Origin: a virus
Length of the DNA: 64,000 bases
Strand: one strand, 5' to 3'
Virus record (IMG/VR): IMGVR_UViG_3300012920_000029
Location: 1-64,000 of that record
The notes beneath the pieces were generated by a model, which saw only the letters and a list, made by a program, of their open reading frames with translations, searched no databases and had not been told where the DNA came from. The position numbers and the translations under genes were made by a program. Positions 21,568-33,082 of this stretch are shown piece by piece (position 1 is the stretch's first letter; the number at the start of each line of letters is the position of its first letter).

Positions 21568-23241
21568 ATGTTCAACTCACAACTAATTAAAACATCAGAC
21601 ATTAATAGAATAGCAGCCTCTCTAAGAAGTGTTCTGAGATCTAACTTCTCAGACTTAAGTGTAGAGGAAGGTAGTAACATAAATGATTTGGTAGTAAGAC
21701 CTATGGCTTATCTTGCAGCATTAGTAAAAACCCAAGCTGACGAAGTGAGATCTAGACTTAGTATAGAAGGTATAAAAGCAAGTGAATCTTCAGAAGCATT
21801 CCAAATGCTTCAAGATCTAGCTAGTAATTTCTTGGTGTTCCCAAGAGAAGCAGTACCCGCTAGAGGGGTAATAACTTTTAAATTCTCTACTAAGACAGTT
21901 AGGACTATACCAAGTAACATCGTACTAACTAGAGGAGACGGAGTAGTAGCCCTTAAACCCTTCGATACTAGTGATAATATTACAATAACTATAGATGACT
22001 ACTTAGAAATTGAGGAAGAAGGTATTACATATTACCTATTCTCCACACTATTTGAAAGCATGTTAGTACGGACTAATTTTGAGATAGGCGTGGGTACTTT
22101 TGATTCGTCTATAAGTCTAAGTAATTTAGTATCTATAAGTAATAGCACTCCGTTTATAGGACAAGATCCTAGTGAGTTTAGACAGGCTGACATCGAAAAA
22201 AGAATGGAGCTATCTTTAACTAGTAGGGGCTTTAGCTCAGATAAAGCTATAAGGGCAACTTTATTAGAGGAAGCAATACCTAATCTAAAAGACTCAATAG
22301 GTATAGGGGCCGGGGATAAAGAAATGAAAAGAGATATAATACCTAGCGGTATATCTTCTTCAGAATTTCATAGTCTAGGTATGGTTAACATAGTTTTAAA
22401 AAGCTTAGCCGAAGTAACCCAAGAAGCTATTACGGATAACTACTTACCCACTAAACCTATCTTAAACACTATAAGTTTAACTAGAGAAGGTAGCACTCTA
22501 GGCTTAGTTAGTTTTTTCGATTATAGTGATACCCAAAAAGTCAAGGTAAAGAGAACTTATCAACCCTCTACAGGTGTCACTACCTGCACCTCTGAATTAG
22601 TAGCTAACACTGCTTCTTTAGAAGCAGGCGAAGTTAGTTTAACAACAACAGAAAGCACTAGTGATCTTAAAAACGGGGTTGAAATTCAAAATAAGTTTAC
22701 TATAAGTACAGCTAGCGGTGAGACAAACCCTACCTCAGGAGAGTTTAGAATAGATAATAATATTACTATAGTTCAGCAGTTAGTAGATAGCAGTGAGTAT
22801 AATACTTTAGCTAATAACACACTTACTATGGCCGCTACTCAAGTGCAAATACTAATACCTAAAGTAAAAATTTCTGTAGCGGCAGGTATAGAAGTGTCCT
22901 CAATATCTGTTTCTAGGATTAAAAATAGAGTAGCATCTGTAGTTAATGAGTGGTCTAGCGATGTATGTATTAGCACCTTAGATATATTAACACCTATATC
23001 ACTATCACTACTTGGAACCTCTACTAATGTAGAGCTATCTGAAGGGGTTAAGTACATAGTCTATTTACCAAACGGTAAGGAATTACTATATACCAGTAAC
23101 AGTAGATTGAGTGTAGAAGATACTTCCTTGCAATCTATACCCAATACCACCACAGCTACGTACTTAGAAAATCTACAAATAAGCGATAGAGTACTATCTT
23201 ATTACGTTGATTCTAGTGATATACTAGTAGAGGTTGTGTAA
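21568..23241 (+). CDS. Baseplate J-like protein
   Basis: DL....GS.I.DL.V.P...LASNF...PR..A.G.ITF pattern of gpJ/gp6 N-termini. Confidence 0.7.
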   Translation: MFNSQLIKTSDINRIAASLRSVLRSNFSDLSVEEGSNINDLVVRPMAYLAALVKTQADEVRSRLSIEGIKASESSEAFQMLQDLASNFLVFPREAVPARGVITFKFSTKTVRTIPSNIVLTRGDGVVALKPFDTSDNITITIDDYLEIEEEGITYYLFSTLFESMLVRTNFEIGVGTFDSSISLSNLVSISNSTPFIGQDPSEFRQADIEKRMELSLTSRGFSSDKAIRATLLEEAIPNLKDSIGIGAGDKEMKRDIIPSGISSSEFHSLGMVNIVLKSLAEVTQEAITDNYLPTKPILNTISLTREGSTLGLVSFFDYSDTQKVKVKRTYQPSTGVTTCTSELVANTASLEAGEVSLTTTESTSDLKNGVEIQNKFTISTASGETNPTSGEFRIDNNITIVQQLVDSSEYNTLANNTLTMAATQVQILIPKVKISVAAGIEVSSISVSRIKNRVASVVNEWSSDVCISTLDILTPISLSLLGTSTNVELSEGVKYIVYLPNGKELLYTSNSRLSVEDTSLQSIPNTTTATYLENLQISDRVLSYYVDSSDILVEVV

Positions 23242-25529
23242 TGTTTAATACAGATCCTATAGTAGCTACTTTACCCGATGTGTGGAAAAATTATTTTGAA
23301 GATTCTAGCATACTAAAAAAACTATATTCTGTGTTAGGTTCAGAGATAGCAACTACCTACAAAGATATAGTAAGTCAAACAGCTAATTTACCTTTAGATT
23401 ATCTAGAGACAACTTGTGATAAAACTTGGCGGCCTATAGACCTAGAAGTAGTTAACCGTTTGGAACTCGTTTCTGAAGATGGGGAAAACTTTTTAACCAT
23501 TTACCCCTTACTAAGCCAAGAGCCTTATCTAATAAATTGTGCTAGAATATATGCTTCCTGCGAATTAAGTACCATAAATTATTTAGAAAATAAGTTAGAT
23601 TACGAGATAGTTAATTACCGAGATAGCAAACTAAAAGTTTTAGGAGATAGGTTTAATTGCTCTGAGTACTTTAAGACTACAGAACACTATATAATATTTA
23701 AAACTAAAGATCCTGCAGTACACACAGAGTGGCAGAAAGAACCTACTTTTGAAACACTGGTATTCAAATTTGGGTTTAAACTAACTAGTGTAGAAGCTAC
23801 AACCGATAATTTAGGTTATTTAGAAGTAGGTGACATAGTAACTCTTAGTTCTGGAGGGATAAGCATTGATATACCAGTTATATATAGAAGTCAGAATTTA
23901 GACTCTTCTTATACGATTGCTCTAAACCCGGCTTTATACTTTGCAGAGTTTGATGCACCGGTAGTAACTATTACTTTAGCTGACGGAACTTACTTCACTA
24001 AAAGAATTGATCGAGAGATACCTTTAGCTAGGCAAATTACTCGGGTATGGGGGTACAGGTGTTTAGTAGATTACTTAGAGCTCTTCAAAAGATATGGTTG
24101 GTTACTTAATAACACAGGCTCAGTTTTTAGCTCGGAAAACTATAGAAGCATCTTATCAGAAGCTAGGAATATAAGTTTAAAATCTCTCTCTAAGATAAAC
24201 CTAAAAAGGTTTGGAACCTTTGTTATGGGGGGTCAGGAGGTATTTAACGATTACTCTGTAGATAACCCGGTTTATATAAACATACCTAACCAAGTTTATA
24301 GAACTAACCTCCAAGAGTATAAATTACTTCCGACAGCATACACTAATTTTAAAATAGCCTATAGCGTACCTCTAGTTATTTCTAAATATGGAGAGCATTT
24401 AAAATTAAATTTAGCAAAATTAATATGCACCCCTTACACAGAGTTAATACACTCAAAGTTAATAGAGAACTCAGAAGTATCTTTGAGGACTAGCGAAGAT
24501 TCTTTAGTAGCCAGAGTACTTCTAACGTTAAATAACGAGTCTTTCTTAGTTAGTAAAGAGCCTAGTTATTCTGAATCTTTAGATACTGCCAGACTTTATT
24601 TAGATGACTCTCAGTATTTATTCATCAATAGCGCACAATTCTCACTAGAGAGTCTAGACGAAGACGTAGAATACTCTGAGGGCGAACTTATAAGTGAGTT
24701 CTTCACTATAGAGGACTACTCTGATGGAACTTCTTGGTGGAGCAACTCTAATCTTATGATCCCAACAGTTGTTTGGGATTCTGGAGATAGCGATAGACGT
24801 AGAGTAACTACTACTACTTGGCCCTATACTATAGGAAGTATGCCAAAGCATCGTATAGGTGATTATTTATTGGAAATACCAAATGATGTTGCTAGCACTA
24901 CTTACGAGACCGCCTACAAATTGTTTAGAGATTTTTTAGTAAATAAGATAGCTTCTTTTAGATATACACAACTAGCTTTAAAGGATGCTAATGCCACCCC
25001 TAATCAAGTAATCGATAGTGTAAAGCACTTGAAAGACCTATCTAAGTTAATAGCTGTTACTAATAATCACACATTAGTAGATTTTAGTGGGTTGCCAAGT
25101 GAAAGCCTATCTGTAACAGTAACTACTACCCCTAGTGCTCTTCCCGAGTATATTAGTAGTGCTCAGAATACGGGCATAGGAAACTCCGATATACTTGCTT
25201 ACATAACATTAAACACCACCTCTCACGGGGTTACTACAAGCTCATCCAATATTTCTATAAGCGGAACACCCGCTACCTGTTTAGCAGTAAACGGAGATAC
25301 CTTAGTATTAAGTTTAGGTAGCGTAGGAATAAGTAGCACTTTAAACTTAACTATGCTAGATGTAGGAGCTAGTACCTTTATGATACAGTCAGGATTTATA
25401 ACTAATGTAATAGGTGCTAATCAATCTTCTAGAGCAATGGTAGTGGGCAATTCGTACCCAGAATATCCTAGATACTTACCTATAGCACCAGCTACTGTAA
25501 GTCAAAACTTATTTATAGAGGTAATTTAA
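23241..25529 (+). CDS. Baseplate wedge/structural protein
   Basis: Coupled to J-like gene; 762 aa. Confidence 0.5.
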   Translation: MFNTDPIVATLPDVWKNYFEDSSILKKLYSVLGSEIATTYKDIVSQTANLPLDYLETTCDKTWRPIDLEVVNRLELVSEDGENFLTIYPLLSQEPYLINCARIYASCELSTINYLENKLDYEIVNYRDSKLKVLGDRFNCSEYFKTTEHYIIFKTKDPAVHTEWQKEPTFETLVFKFGFKLTSVEATTDNLGYLEVGDIVTLSSGGISIDIPVIYRSQNLDSSYTIALNPALYFAEFDAPVVTITLADGTYFTKRIDREIPLARQITRVWGYRCLVDYLELFKRYGWLLNNTGSVFSSENYRSILSEARNISLKSLSKINLKRFGTFVMGGQEVFNDYSVDNPVYINIPNQVYRTNLQEYKLLPTAYTNFKIAYSVPLVISKYGEHLKLNLAKLICTPYTELIHSKLIENSEVSLRTSEDSLVARVLLTLNNESFLVSKEPSYSESLDTARLYLDDSQYLFINSAQFSLESLDEDVEYSEGELISEFFTIEDYSDGTSWWSNSNLMIPTVVWDSGDSDRRRVTTTTWPYTIGSMPKHRIGDYLLEIPNDVASTTYETAYKLFRDFLVNKIASFRYTQLALKDANATPNQVIDSVKHLKDLSKLIAVTNNHTLVDFSGLPSESLSVTVTTTPSALPEYISSAQNTGIGNSDILAYITLNTTSHGVTTSSSNISISGTPATCLAVNGDTLVLSLGSVGISSTLNLTMLDVGASTFMIQSGFITNVIGANQSSRAMVVGNSYPEYPRYLPIAPATVSQNLFIEVI

Positions 25530-26155
25530 TGAAATCAACTATTTCGCCTATCAAAGGCCACGTAAAAGTAGAGGTTATAGAACCTTCTGGCAATTCTAGA
25601 ACTATGGTAGACAAAAAGAATACCTTAGTAAAAGAAGCACCTAAGGCTATCTTAGGACAGCTAGTAGCACCTACTCTTCTTTCCTCCAACACTACCTTCC
25701 CTAAAACAAACCCTGCAAGACCCGATATTATAGCCTACTCCTCCGGACCTCAAAGCAATAATTCTATAGGGTATATGCAGTTTGGTTACTATGAAGACGG
25801 TGAGCCTATTGGAAATATTACTGTAGCAGCTACAGACCAAGGTATGGAATCAGCTAGTGACCATATTATTACAGAAGTAATAGATAGCTCAAACATACAA
25901 GAGTATTCAGTACAGTTTATATGTGAGTTTGAAGTAACTAACTCCACATCTACCCATAACTATATAGAAGCAGGTTTGTTTACCGTGGGAGCCAACTATG
26001 ATTCAGGTACTTCCTCTTTAGTAGCCCCCTCTGCACTAGATTTTGATAGTGCTTCTTTACGTATGTTAGCCCACCAGTCGCATACAGCAGTACAAGCTAG
26101 TTCGGGAAGCACAATTAGGTACACCTGGACACTAACAATGCAAGAGCCTAACTAA
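25529..26155 (+). CDS. Tail fibre attachment/collar-like protein
   Basis: KGHVKVE...KKN.LV...EAGLF...YTWTL pattern typical of myophage fibre-proximal proteins. Confidence 0.55.
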   Translation: MKSTISPIKGHVKVEVIEPSGNSRTMVDKKNTLVKEAPKAILGQLVAPTLLSSNTTFPKTNPARPDIIAYSSGPQSNNSIGYMQFGYYEDGEPIGNITVAATDQGMESASDHIITEVIDSSNIQEYSVQFICEFEVTNSTSTHNYIEAGLFTVGANYDSGTSSLVAPSALDFDSASLRMLAHQSHTAVQASSGSTIRYTWTLTMQEPN

Positions 26156-26165
26156 GGAGATACTA

Positions 26166-27872
26166 ATGGCTATAAATTATTCTGATGTTAACTACATAAC
26201 AAACGGGCAAGCTATAACTGCGGATAATCTTAATGCGCCCTCTGTAGATCTAGCTTCTAGATCTGTAGAAGTACAGAGAAATGCTCTGTATGAAGATTTC
26301 CTAGAAAACTATAGCAATAGTGTAAATGTTCAACTAATACCTAGGATAAGCTCTTCTGAAGATGCTAGTTATGTTGAGATCAACTCAATGCTATTTGACG
26401 ACGGTAATAACAACTATTCTAAATCTTATTCTTTTGAATTAACTGATGCGGTGCTAAGCGTATACTCGAATAAATTTCCAGGAGCTAGGTATATTGTAGA
26501 AGAATTGCGTATCTCACAACATTTTAGTGATAATACCCTGGGAGGCGTCATGGGCCACTTCCGAAATAGTGTAGAATTACATGTTCCCGGAGATGGCTTA
26601 TACTTGAAAAGACCTACTAAGTACGTATCTAGCGTAACTGACTTTGGAACTCACGCAGAAGCAGTAATGCCTAATACAGAAGGTAACTCAGCAGGAAGAG
26701 CTTACATAGACGCAAGCCAAAACCTTACGGGCAGCGTTGTAAAACTACCTCTTAGAAATAAAGTAACTTTTTCTAACACAGGGTACACTGTAGAGACTTT
26801 TATTACGGCTGTTAATTCAGGGACTTGGGGAGGCTCAACAATCAGTGGACTAACAGCTACAGTTGATGGTAGCAACGTACTCTCTATAGAGGATGATAAT
26901 GGAGATGCTTACAACCTATATATAACAGGTCTTCAAAATGTTAAAGCCGAAGTGTACAAAGTATACTTAGAAGGTGGAGATTTAGTACTTGAGGTTAGCC
27001 CATCTACAGCCCCTATTTACCATCAGATAGCCAGTACTGCCTGTACTAATATAGGGCTAACATTGTATTCGGATGACAATATGAGCACTCTTGCAAATTC
27101 GGGTACTTTGATTATAAATCAAGGAAGTGCTGAATACTCTGTAGGTTTAGTCGATTTAGACAGCTCTTTTATGTACATACCTCTGGCTAGATTAACTGAA
27201 ACTAGCTTGATAATAGGTAACAGAGAGTTTTCCTTAGTTAGAAACTATATTTCAAATAATAGTAGTTATAGTAGCTCTCCTGAATTAGTAGATCTACATG
27301 GAGCTCCTATAGAGTATTTTGATACCAGCTTAAGTAACTTTGCGTCTAAATCTTACAAAGCAGATCTAAGAAGTGAACTGCCCATACCTAAAGGTAAAAT
27401 AACCTTAGGTAAAAGATCCTCTATAGTAGAAGGCGCTCTGCAATGCGACTTTTCTAGAGACCCTAAACTACTTAGATTACTCGAGTTTAATAGATTAGCT
27501 ACTCTAAACTTATTAGAAATTAGGGTAACAGTGCTTACTGAGGTAACTACAAATTCCCCAGCTAGTGGCTTTAGAGTATCTAACCAACTTATAACTAAGA
27601 ATTCTTCAAACACCACGGTAAATTACCTATACTTCGGGCAACTAGTTATGGGATTCCCAGTAAACAATGTTGACATACCTAGTGACTCATTAAGCAGTAA
27701 ATTTAACGAGGTTAGTATAACTTCTACTTTAGGAGTACTATCAGGTACTTTAACTAATTCTTTAAAAACCAGAAATACTGATTGTGTAGTAGAAATATAC
27801 GAAGATAGTGGCGCAGAAAATAATGCTATAACTGATGGAGAAGTTTACGTAGAACTAGACCTTCTTGTTTAA
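26166..27872 (+). CDS. Putative tail fibre-associated structural protein
   Basis: N-terminal I.NG..I.A..LN.P..DLA.R motif; beta-rich; AAGGAG RBS. Confidence 0.5.
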   Translation: MAINYSDVNYITNGQAITADNLNAPSVDLASRSVEVQRNALYEDFLENYSNSVNVQLIPRISSSEDASYVEINSMLFDDGNNNYSKSYSFELTDAVLSVYSNKFPGARYIVEELRISQHFSDNTLGGVMGHFRNSVELHVPGDGLYLKRPTKYVSSVTDFGTHAEAVMPNTEGNSAGRAYIDASQNLTGSVVKLPLRNKVTFSNTGYTVETFITAVNSGTWGGSTISGLTATVDGSNVLSIEDDNGDAYNLYITGLQNVKAEVYKVYLEGGDLVLEVSPSTAPIYHQIASTACTNIGLTLYSDDNMSTLANSGTLIINQGSAEYSVGLVDLDSSFMYIPLARLTETSLIIGNREFSLVRNYISNNSSYSSSPELVDLHGAPIEYFDTSLSNFASKSYKADLRSELPIPKGKITLGKRSSIVEGALQCDFSRDPKLLRLLEFNRLATLNLLEIRVTVLTEVTTNSPASGFRVSNQLITKNSSNTTVNYLYFGQLVMGFPVNNVDIPSDSLSSKFNEVSITSTLGVLSGTLTNSLKTRNTDCVVEIYEDSGAENNAITDGEVYVELDLLV

Positions 27873-28397
27873 TAACAGCTTAATATCTTTAGAGTTCTTA
27901 TCGCCTACTTTTTTACGGACTTCCAAAGCAGATCTAGTAGTAACCGTTGGTGATAGTAGCAAGTCTCTACATAGCATAGCAGCAGCCCAGCTGTCACATA
28001 TATCGGAATTACTAGAAGAACAACCCCACTTAGTAGCAGCGGTAATCATGTCTTCTTTAGAAGCCGTACCTTTCCCAGCTAAAAAAAGCTTTAACTGAGT
28101 AGGCGGTACTGAGATACTAAATATACCAAGTTCTATTAGAGTCAATTTTATAACACCCAACACCTCCCCTAATATAAACTCTTTGTGAACAGAACCATAA
28201 GAAGGGGCCTCCATTACCCCCATAAAAATTAGCTTACCTTCTAAAAAACTCTTTAACTCAGTATGTATATACTGTAATCTCTCAGCATCCCTTAGTTTAC
28301 CTGGCTTTATGTGTAAGGTATCTGAGGAATCACTACCGATTAAACTAACTCCAGTACCTGTTGCACTAGGGTCTATACCGAGAAAGAAGGTGTCCAT
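27855..28397 (-). CDS. ruvC: RuvC-like Holliday junction resolvase
   Basis: LGIDPS..GTG, VME, P..LK.F..GKG.A.KE.M, D..DS.A motifs. Confidence 0.85.
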   Translation of the reverse strand: MDTFFLGIDPSATGTGVSLIGSDSSDTLHIKPGKLRDAERLQYIHTELKSFLEGKLIFMGVMEAPSYGSVHKEFILGEVLGVIKLTLIELGIFSISVPPTQLKLFLAGKGTASKEDMITAATKWGCSSSNSDICDSWAAAMLCRDLLLSPTVTTRSALEVRKKVGDKNSKDIKLLLNKKV

Positions 28398-28787
28398 TTG
28401 AGCTCCCAAGTTTCTGCTGATCTATATTTTAACACAGAAGTTAATTCTTCTGGAGAGTACACTATAACTATGGAAATAGTTAATCCTAACGAAGTACAAA
28501 AAGAACTATTCGTAGTTACTAGAAAAGATCCAATGAGTAAAGAGGCTAGTTTCAGAAGAGTCGCTTCTGTAAACGATCTTTTGAACCTAAAAAAAACAGG
28601 TGTATCTGAAAGCACTACGTACCTGACAGACCGAGTGGTTATTAAAACCAACAGCCTAGCTTTAGTCAAGGATTATAGAGAGAATATACCTAAAGTTTTG
28701 CAAGACCTAATTGATGACATTGGTAATAATGCTCTTACTCTTATAGGTAAAGAAGAAACTATACCTGTGGAGTTTTCAAATGAGTAG
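28398..28787 (+). CDS. Hypothetical protein
   Basis: 129-aa ORF; FRRVAS..DL motif echoed in 29496-30542 (FDHYAT.ADL); start uncertain. Confidence 0.5.
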   Translation: MSSQVSADLYFNTEVNSSGEYTITMEIVNPNEVQKELFVVTRKDPMSKEASFRRVASVNDLLNLKKTGVSESTTYLTDRVVIKTNSLALVKDYRENIPKVLQDLIDDIGNNALTLIGKEETIPVEFSNE

Positions 28788-29499
28788 TTCTTATAACATA
28801 ACAAAGTCTGTAGTTTTTACTGAGATTAGCAGCGACAATTTCTATTGGACGCTTACGTACACTATAAACTCTAGTGACAATATATCGGATAAACCTTTCT
28901 TGATAGAGGCTTTTTTGGACTCTAATGTAGAGGTTTCCGATTCCTCCGTAGAGGAGAGATTTATAAGAACCCTTCTAAATTCTGAAATTGGCGGATACCC
29001 GCCTAAATCAGATGTAACCACTTCATCTATAGCAAGGTGGGTAACTTATAGAGCTAACACGTTTACTAATAAGTTTTATACGTATAAAGCTCTACAAGCG
29101 GCACTTAATTCTTTAGAAGCTATTTTAAGGTCTAATACAGGATCATACTCCCCAGAAGATGTAAAACCTTTTAAAGCAGCTATAAAGAATATTACCTATA
29201 ATAGCCTAGGTAAGGACTCCTACGATAGAACTAAGCTTTATGAAGGAGATACTGTAGCTATCAGCTTTTCTGGAGGTAGTGGGGAAGTATCTATAACCTG
29301 TGAAGAAGTAAATCTATTAAGTTTACAACCTAATACACACCCTAAAGCAAATTCACGCTTATACAGAATACCTGTAGTTAACACAGCTACAGTTTCAAAT
29401 ATAGTGGTTACTGACAGCAATTTAAATTCTGTTATAACTTTCCCTATAAGTATTTTGAAGCCCGATACCTACGGCTCTACAACTGAGGATATACGATGA
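28780..29499 (+). CDS. Hypothetical (likely structural) protein
   Basis: GGAG RBS; overlapping operon. Confidence 0.55.
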   Translation: MSSSYNITKSVVFTEISSDNFYWTLTYTINSSDNISDKPFLIEAFLDSNVEVSDSSVEERFIRTLLNSEIGGYPPKSDVTTSSIARWVTYRANTFTNKFYTYKALQAALNSLEAILRSNTGSYSPEDVKPFKAAIKNITYNSLGKDSYDRTKLYEGDTVAISFSGGSGEVSITCEEVNLLSLQPNTHPKANSRLYRIPVVNTATVSNIVVTDSNLNSVITFPISILKPDTYGSTTEDIR

Positions 29500-30542
29500 G
29501 TACTACAAAACCTATTTACATAACCCAAGCTAGAGGAGGTATAATCGATTCAGAATCTCCTGCAGGCATATCTTACCAAGTAAGAACTGTAGTTCATAAA
29601 AACGAAGAGTATACCGGCGATAAAATAGATAAAAGCTACTTGTTGAATCTTTTTGTAGTTAACATTGTAGATTCTACAGACCCGGATAAAGATACTTTTG
29701 ATCACTATGCCACTATAGCTGATTTAGATTTAATACCTCCCGCTAGAGATCAAGCTCTAACACGAAACTTAACTCAGTATCGAGACAATGTAAACCTAGT
29801 GACCTTTGATAATTTAAGTGTAGCTACTACTGCTGCCCAAGTAATTAGAGATACGCTGAATAACTTAGTAAGTACTTACTTACGTGTAAAATCAGAATTT
29901 ACTGGATCTTCTACACATTTTTTCCCTTATAATGTAGAAATAGCAACTTTGAGAACAGAGTACATAGATGCTTACACTACTGCTAGAGATGCTAGAGAAG
30001 TTGCTGAGCAATCCCAAAATACTTCGCAAGAAGAGTACGCTGCTGCTCAGAAAGAAAACAGCACGCTCTTAGACGCTAAGACTAAGTTATGCGAGTTGTA
30101 CGAGTACACCTCTAAATTACAAACCTTGTCGTCAGTAGTGCCTACTAAATACAAGGAAACTTTAAAAGGGCTTATTGATGAATTTAAAGAAGATACCGAT
30201 GATTATAATACAGCTTATGATACTGCAATAAATGCTTTTGAGAGTTATATAGATGACGCATCTAACTATGTATTCGACTCTAACTGGGCCAACACTATAA
30301 CTGCAGCTAACGCGGGCACGGGGCTATCTTTAATAGGGCTTATTATACAGACCAACGCGTTAGCACAGACTTACTGTGCCAATTATACTAGTCAAGTAAC
30401 AGCCTCGGACCTAAATAAAAGCGCTGCCCTTGAGGATCTGAATGAGAAGCAAACTTCCAAAGAAGCCGCTTCTGCAATCGAGCAGGACGCTTTAGCTACA
30501 CTTTCTACTTACTGCCCTAATCTCGATCCCTCAAGTTTGTAA
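29496..30542 (+). CDS. Hypothetical protein with C-terminal coiled coil
   Basis: ATGA-coupled 348-aa ORF. Confidence 0.55.
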   Translation: MSTTKPIYITQARGGIIDSESPAGISYQVRTVVHKNEEYTGDKIDKSYLLNLFVVNIVDSTDPDKDTFDHYATIADLDLIPPARDQALTRNLTQYRDNVNLVTFDNLSVATTAAQVIRDTLNNLVSTYLRVKSEFTGSSTHFFPYNVEIATLRTEYIDAYTTARDAREVAEQSQNTSQEEYAAAQKENSTLLDAKTKLCELYEYTSKLQTLSSVVPTKYKETLKGLIDEFKEDTDDYNTAYDTAINAFESYIDDASNYVFDSNWANTITAANAGTGLSLIGLIIQTNALAQTYCANYTSQVTASDLNKSAALEDLNEKQTSKEAASAIEQDALATLSTYCPNLDPSSL

Positions 30543-32832
30543 GCAACTTTAGGTAAGCATCAAGTCTAGTGATAGTGCCTAGTATATAGTACCTAGTTTT
30601 ATGAGGCACTTCTGCGTCTAATAAACCGTGTAACATAGTCTCTAAGGTAGACACTAGTTTTATAGCTGTACCATACTCTTCTAGAATCTCACAAACTCTA
30701 AGAAACATACGAATCTTAATATTAATCGTCGAAGAATCGCTTTTTTTGCCGGTAATAGGATCAGTATTAATACTTATCCTAAGAGTATCAGTTATGTAGC
30801 TAAATAGTTTTAGGTGTTTAGGTACGTTAGAACTGCTAAACACACTAAGCCCATTCATTGTTTCTTTCAAACCACTTCCAAGATTTAGTATTTTGAATAT
30901 TTCACTCGTATGGTCCCCGGCTCTTAATACTACCTCTATTTGATCAAAATTAGTTAGCCACGCAGATTCCCCCTCTTTTTGAAGGCGTAGTACCGAATCA
31001 TGCAGTAGCCTTAGGCCTCTTAAGTACAGCTCGTAGATTGATGTTTGTATGGTGGGATTACTACTACAAGTAATCTTAGTATCTGGCCACAATAACTCTA
31101 GTCTGCTAGAATGATTAAGATAACCATTACCGCCGTCAGATAGATCTTTCACAGCCAACTGCCAGGCTGCTCTATCTAAGCTGTTTACATACAAGGTAGT
31201 GGAATTTATATTACTAATACTGTTGAATATATTAGCATGAAACTTAGGTTTTGTAGCCATAAATAGCGAATCGAATAATTGCCTAAAGCTACTAGTATGG
31301 CGTAACCCATACTCGTCTAGATGTTGTATCCTATACCAAAAAGACTCATTTAGAATGTGATATAGTCCAGTAGCTATAAACTTTCTGAACCTTACTAGAT
31401 TAATATCCTCACATACTCTCATGTAGTGATAAAATAACTTAGCCGATTGCGTACGTTTAGGGTATTCAGAAGCGGTAGGAAATTTTAAGCAATCTCTACT
31501 AACCTTATATAACCAAGTAGAAGCGCTACTTATATAACTAGACATCTTATCCCTAGTGTACTTTAAACGCATCGACTTAGATTCTTCTACTAAGGCTTCT
31601 ATTGTACCAATACCAGTAGCGTTTATACGTAGGTCTTTATTAACAGTTTTAAATAGTTGATGGTATAGAACTTCTCCATCATTAATAATAACTTTATTGG
31701 TTTTAGTATTAACTCTAACTGTAGGGAACATGTTTCCTATAGTGCTTGCATACCAGGACTTAACCCATATACCCCCTTTTTGATCAGAATAGTCTTCTAG
31801 TCTATAAGGAGAAAAAACATAGTTCTCAGACTCTTCTAATCGGTTGTACTCTTCACCAAAAATATTAGTAGCTACTCCCTTAGACCAATCTAAGAATCTA
31901 AATAAGGTATACATATCATAAGGACACATAGTTCTACCATCATCACTTATAAGGATAGACCTGTATATCCAAGACCGATACATACTCTGTTTATGATAAC
32001 TATCACGCAGCTCATTCTCGATTACTGGAGTTCCATTAATTTTGTAACCCAGTACATTATCAAATTTAACGATAGGTATCCACCATTCTAACTTACTATT
32101 CATAAGATGGTACATAGCATCTACTACTACAGCGTAGCAAGACCGTTCTAAAGCACCTTGATATTCGTTACAGAACCTAATAGCAAGATACTCATCTAGA
32201 GTAGCGCACTCAAGAACTATGAAAGGCAAAGGAGCATCTATTGTAGCTTCATCATAGAGTATACCAAACATATCCCCTACTAGCCTTCGTACTCCTTGCA
32301 TACCGGGTCCTAGTAGATTAGACCAGGTGTCAGAAGCGTTCTCACCAATAACATAGCAGTTAAGGGCTGCAGGGTTATTAGTCAGTATACTAAATATCTT
32401 CAACTGTTCATTAGTTATATTAGAAGGTATCTTAGTTTTAAGATTTAGGAATAAATTACCTATACTCGAAATACCTCGTTTTCTAAATGTAGAATACTTA
32501 TCATACGTGGATTTTAACCTAAGGTACTTAGAGCTCTTTGGATCTGGCTCTAAAAGCTCTCGAAGATTTTTAAATACGGGAAAGTATTGGTTAATATTAG
32601 TAATAGTATACTCTTCAAAGGATACGTGCCTATATAGGTTCGTATTGTTTGAATTTAGGCATTCCTCAAAAGAAGCTGATCCCGCAGGATTTAGACAATT
32701 TAGAGGACTGTCTAAGGTAATAACTAGTAGACTAGAATACTCTTCATAAGCTTCTACTGACTTAATAGCACCTTCAGAATCTAAGCCTAAAGCTATAACA
32801 CAATCTTCTAGGTAGTTTATATCTAGCTGCAT
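30517..32832 (-). CDS. Large hypothetical protein (last gene of RT operon)
   Basis: 771-aa ORF coupled to upstream 82-aa ORF. Confidence 0.65.
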   Translation of the reverse strand: MQLDINYLEDCVIALGLDSEGAIKSVEAYEEYSSLLVITLDSPLNCLNPAGSASFEECLNSNNTNLYRHVSFEEYTITNINQYFPVFKNLRELLEPDPKSSKYLRLKSTYDKYSTFRKRGISSIGNLFLNLKTKIPSNITNEQLKIFSILTNNPAALNCYVIGENASDTWSNLLGPGMQGVRRLVGDMFGILYDEATIDAPLPFIVLECATLDEYLAIRFCNEYQGALERSCYAVVVDAMYHLMNSKLEWWIPIVKFDNVLGYKINGTPVIENELRDSYHKQSMYRSWIYRSILISDDGRTMCPYDMYTLFRFLDWSKGVATNIFGEEYNRLEESENYVFSPYRLEDYSDQKGGIWVKSWYASTIGNMFPTVRVNTKTNKVIINDGEVLYHQLFKTVNKDLRINATGIGTIEALVEESKSMRLKYTRDKMSSYISSASTWLYKVSRDCLKFPTASEYPKRTQSAKLFYHYMRVCEDINLVRFRKFIATGLYHILNESFWYRIQHLDEYGLRHTSSFRQLFDSLFMATKPKFHANIFNSISNINSTTLYVNSLDRAAWQLAVKDLSDGGNGYLNHSSRLELLWPDTKITCSSNPTIQTSIYELYLRGLRLLHDSVLRLQKEGESAWLTNFDQIEVVLRAGDHTSEIFKILNLGSGLKETMNGLSVFSSSNVPKHLKLFSYITDTLRISINTDPITGKKSDSSTINIKIRMFLRVCEILEEYGTAIKLVSTLETMLHGLLDAEVPHKTRYYILGTITRLDAYLKLLTNLRDRD

Positions 32833-33080
32833 TATTTAAGCCTACGACGAGTGTTACCCGCTACCTTAGTAACGCTAAATAACTCTAGAAGTTCTTTGCT
32901 AGTTAGCTGTACAGGTATCTGTAAAGCAAGTAGTTCTTGAGGCACATCCTCTTTACCTACTAACAACACCCCCTCTATGTTAACTAGTCCTGTAGTTTCA
33001 TGTAGAGATAGATCCATATTAGTAATCTCTACTTTAGCATGTGGGAGTTTAGTAGCTAGTTGAGACAATTTCATTTTCAT
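32832..33080 (-). CDS. Small hypothetical protein
   Basis: 82-aa ORF tightly packed in operon; GGAG RBS. Confidence 0.55.
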   Translation of the reverse strand: MKMKLSQLATKLPHAKVEITNMDLSLHETTGLVNIEGVLLVGKEDVPQELLALQIPVQLTSKELLELFSVTKVAGNTRRRLK

Positions 33081-33082
33081 AG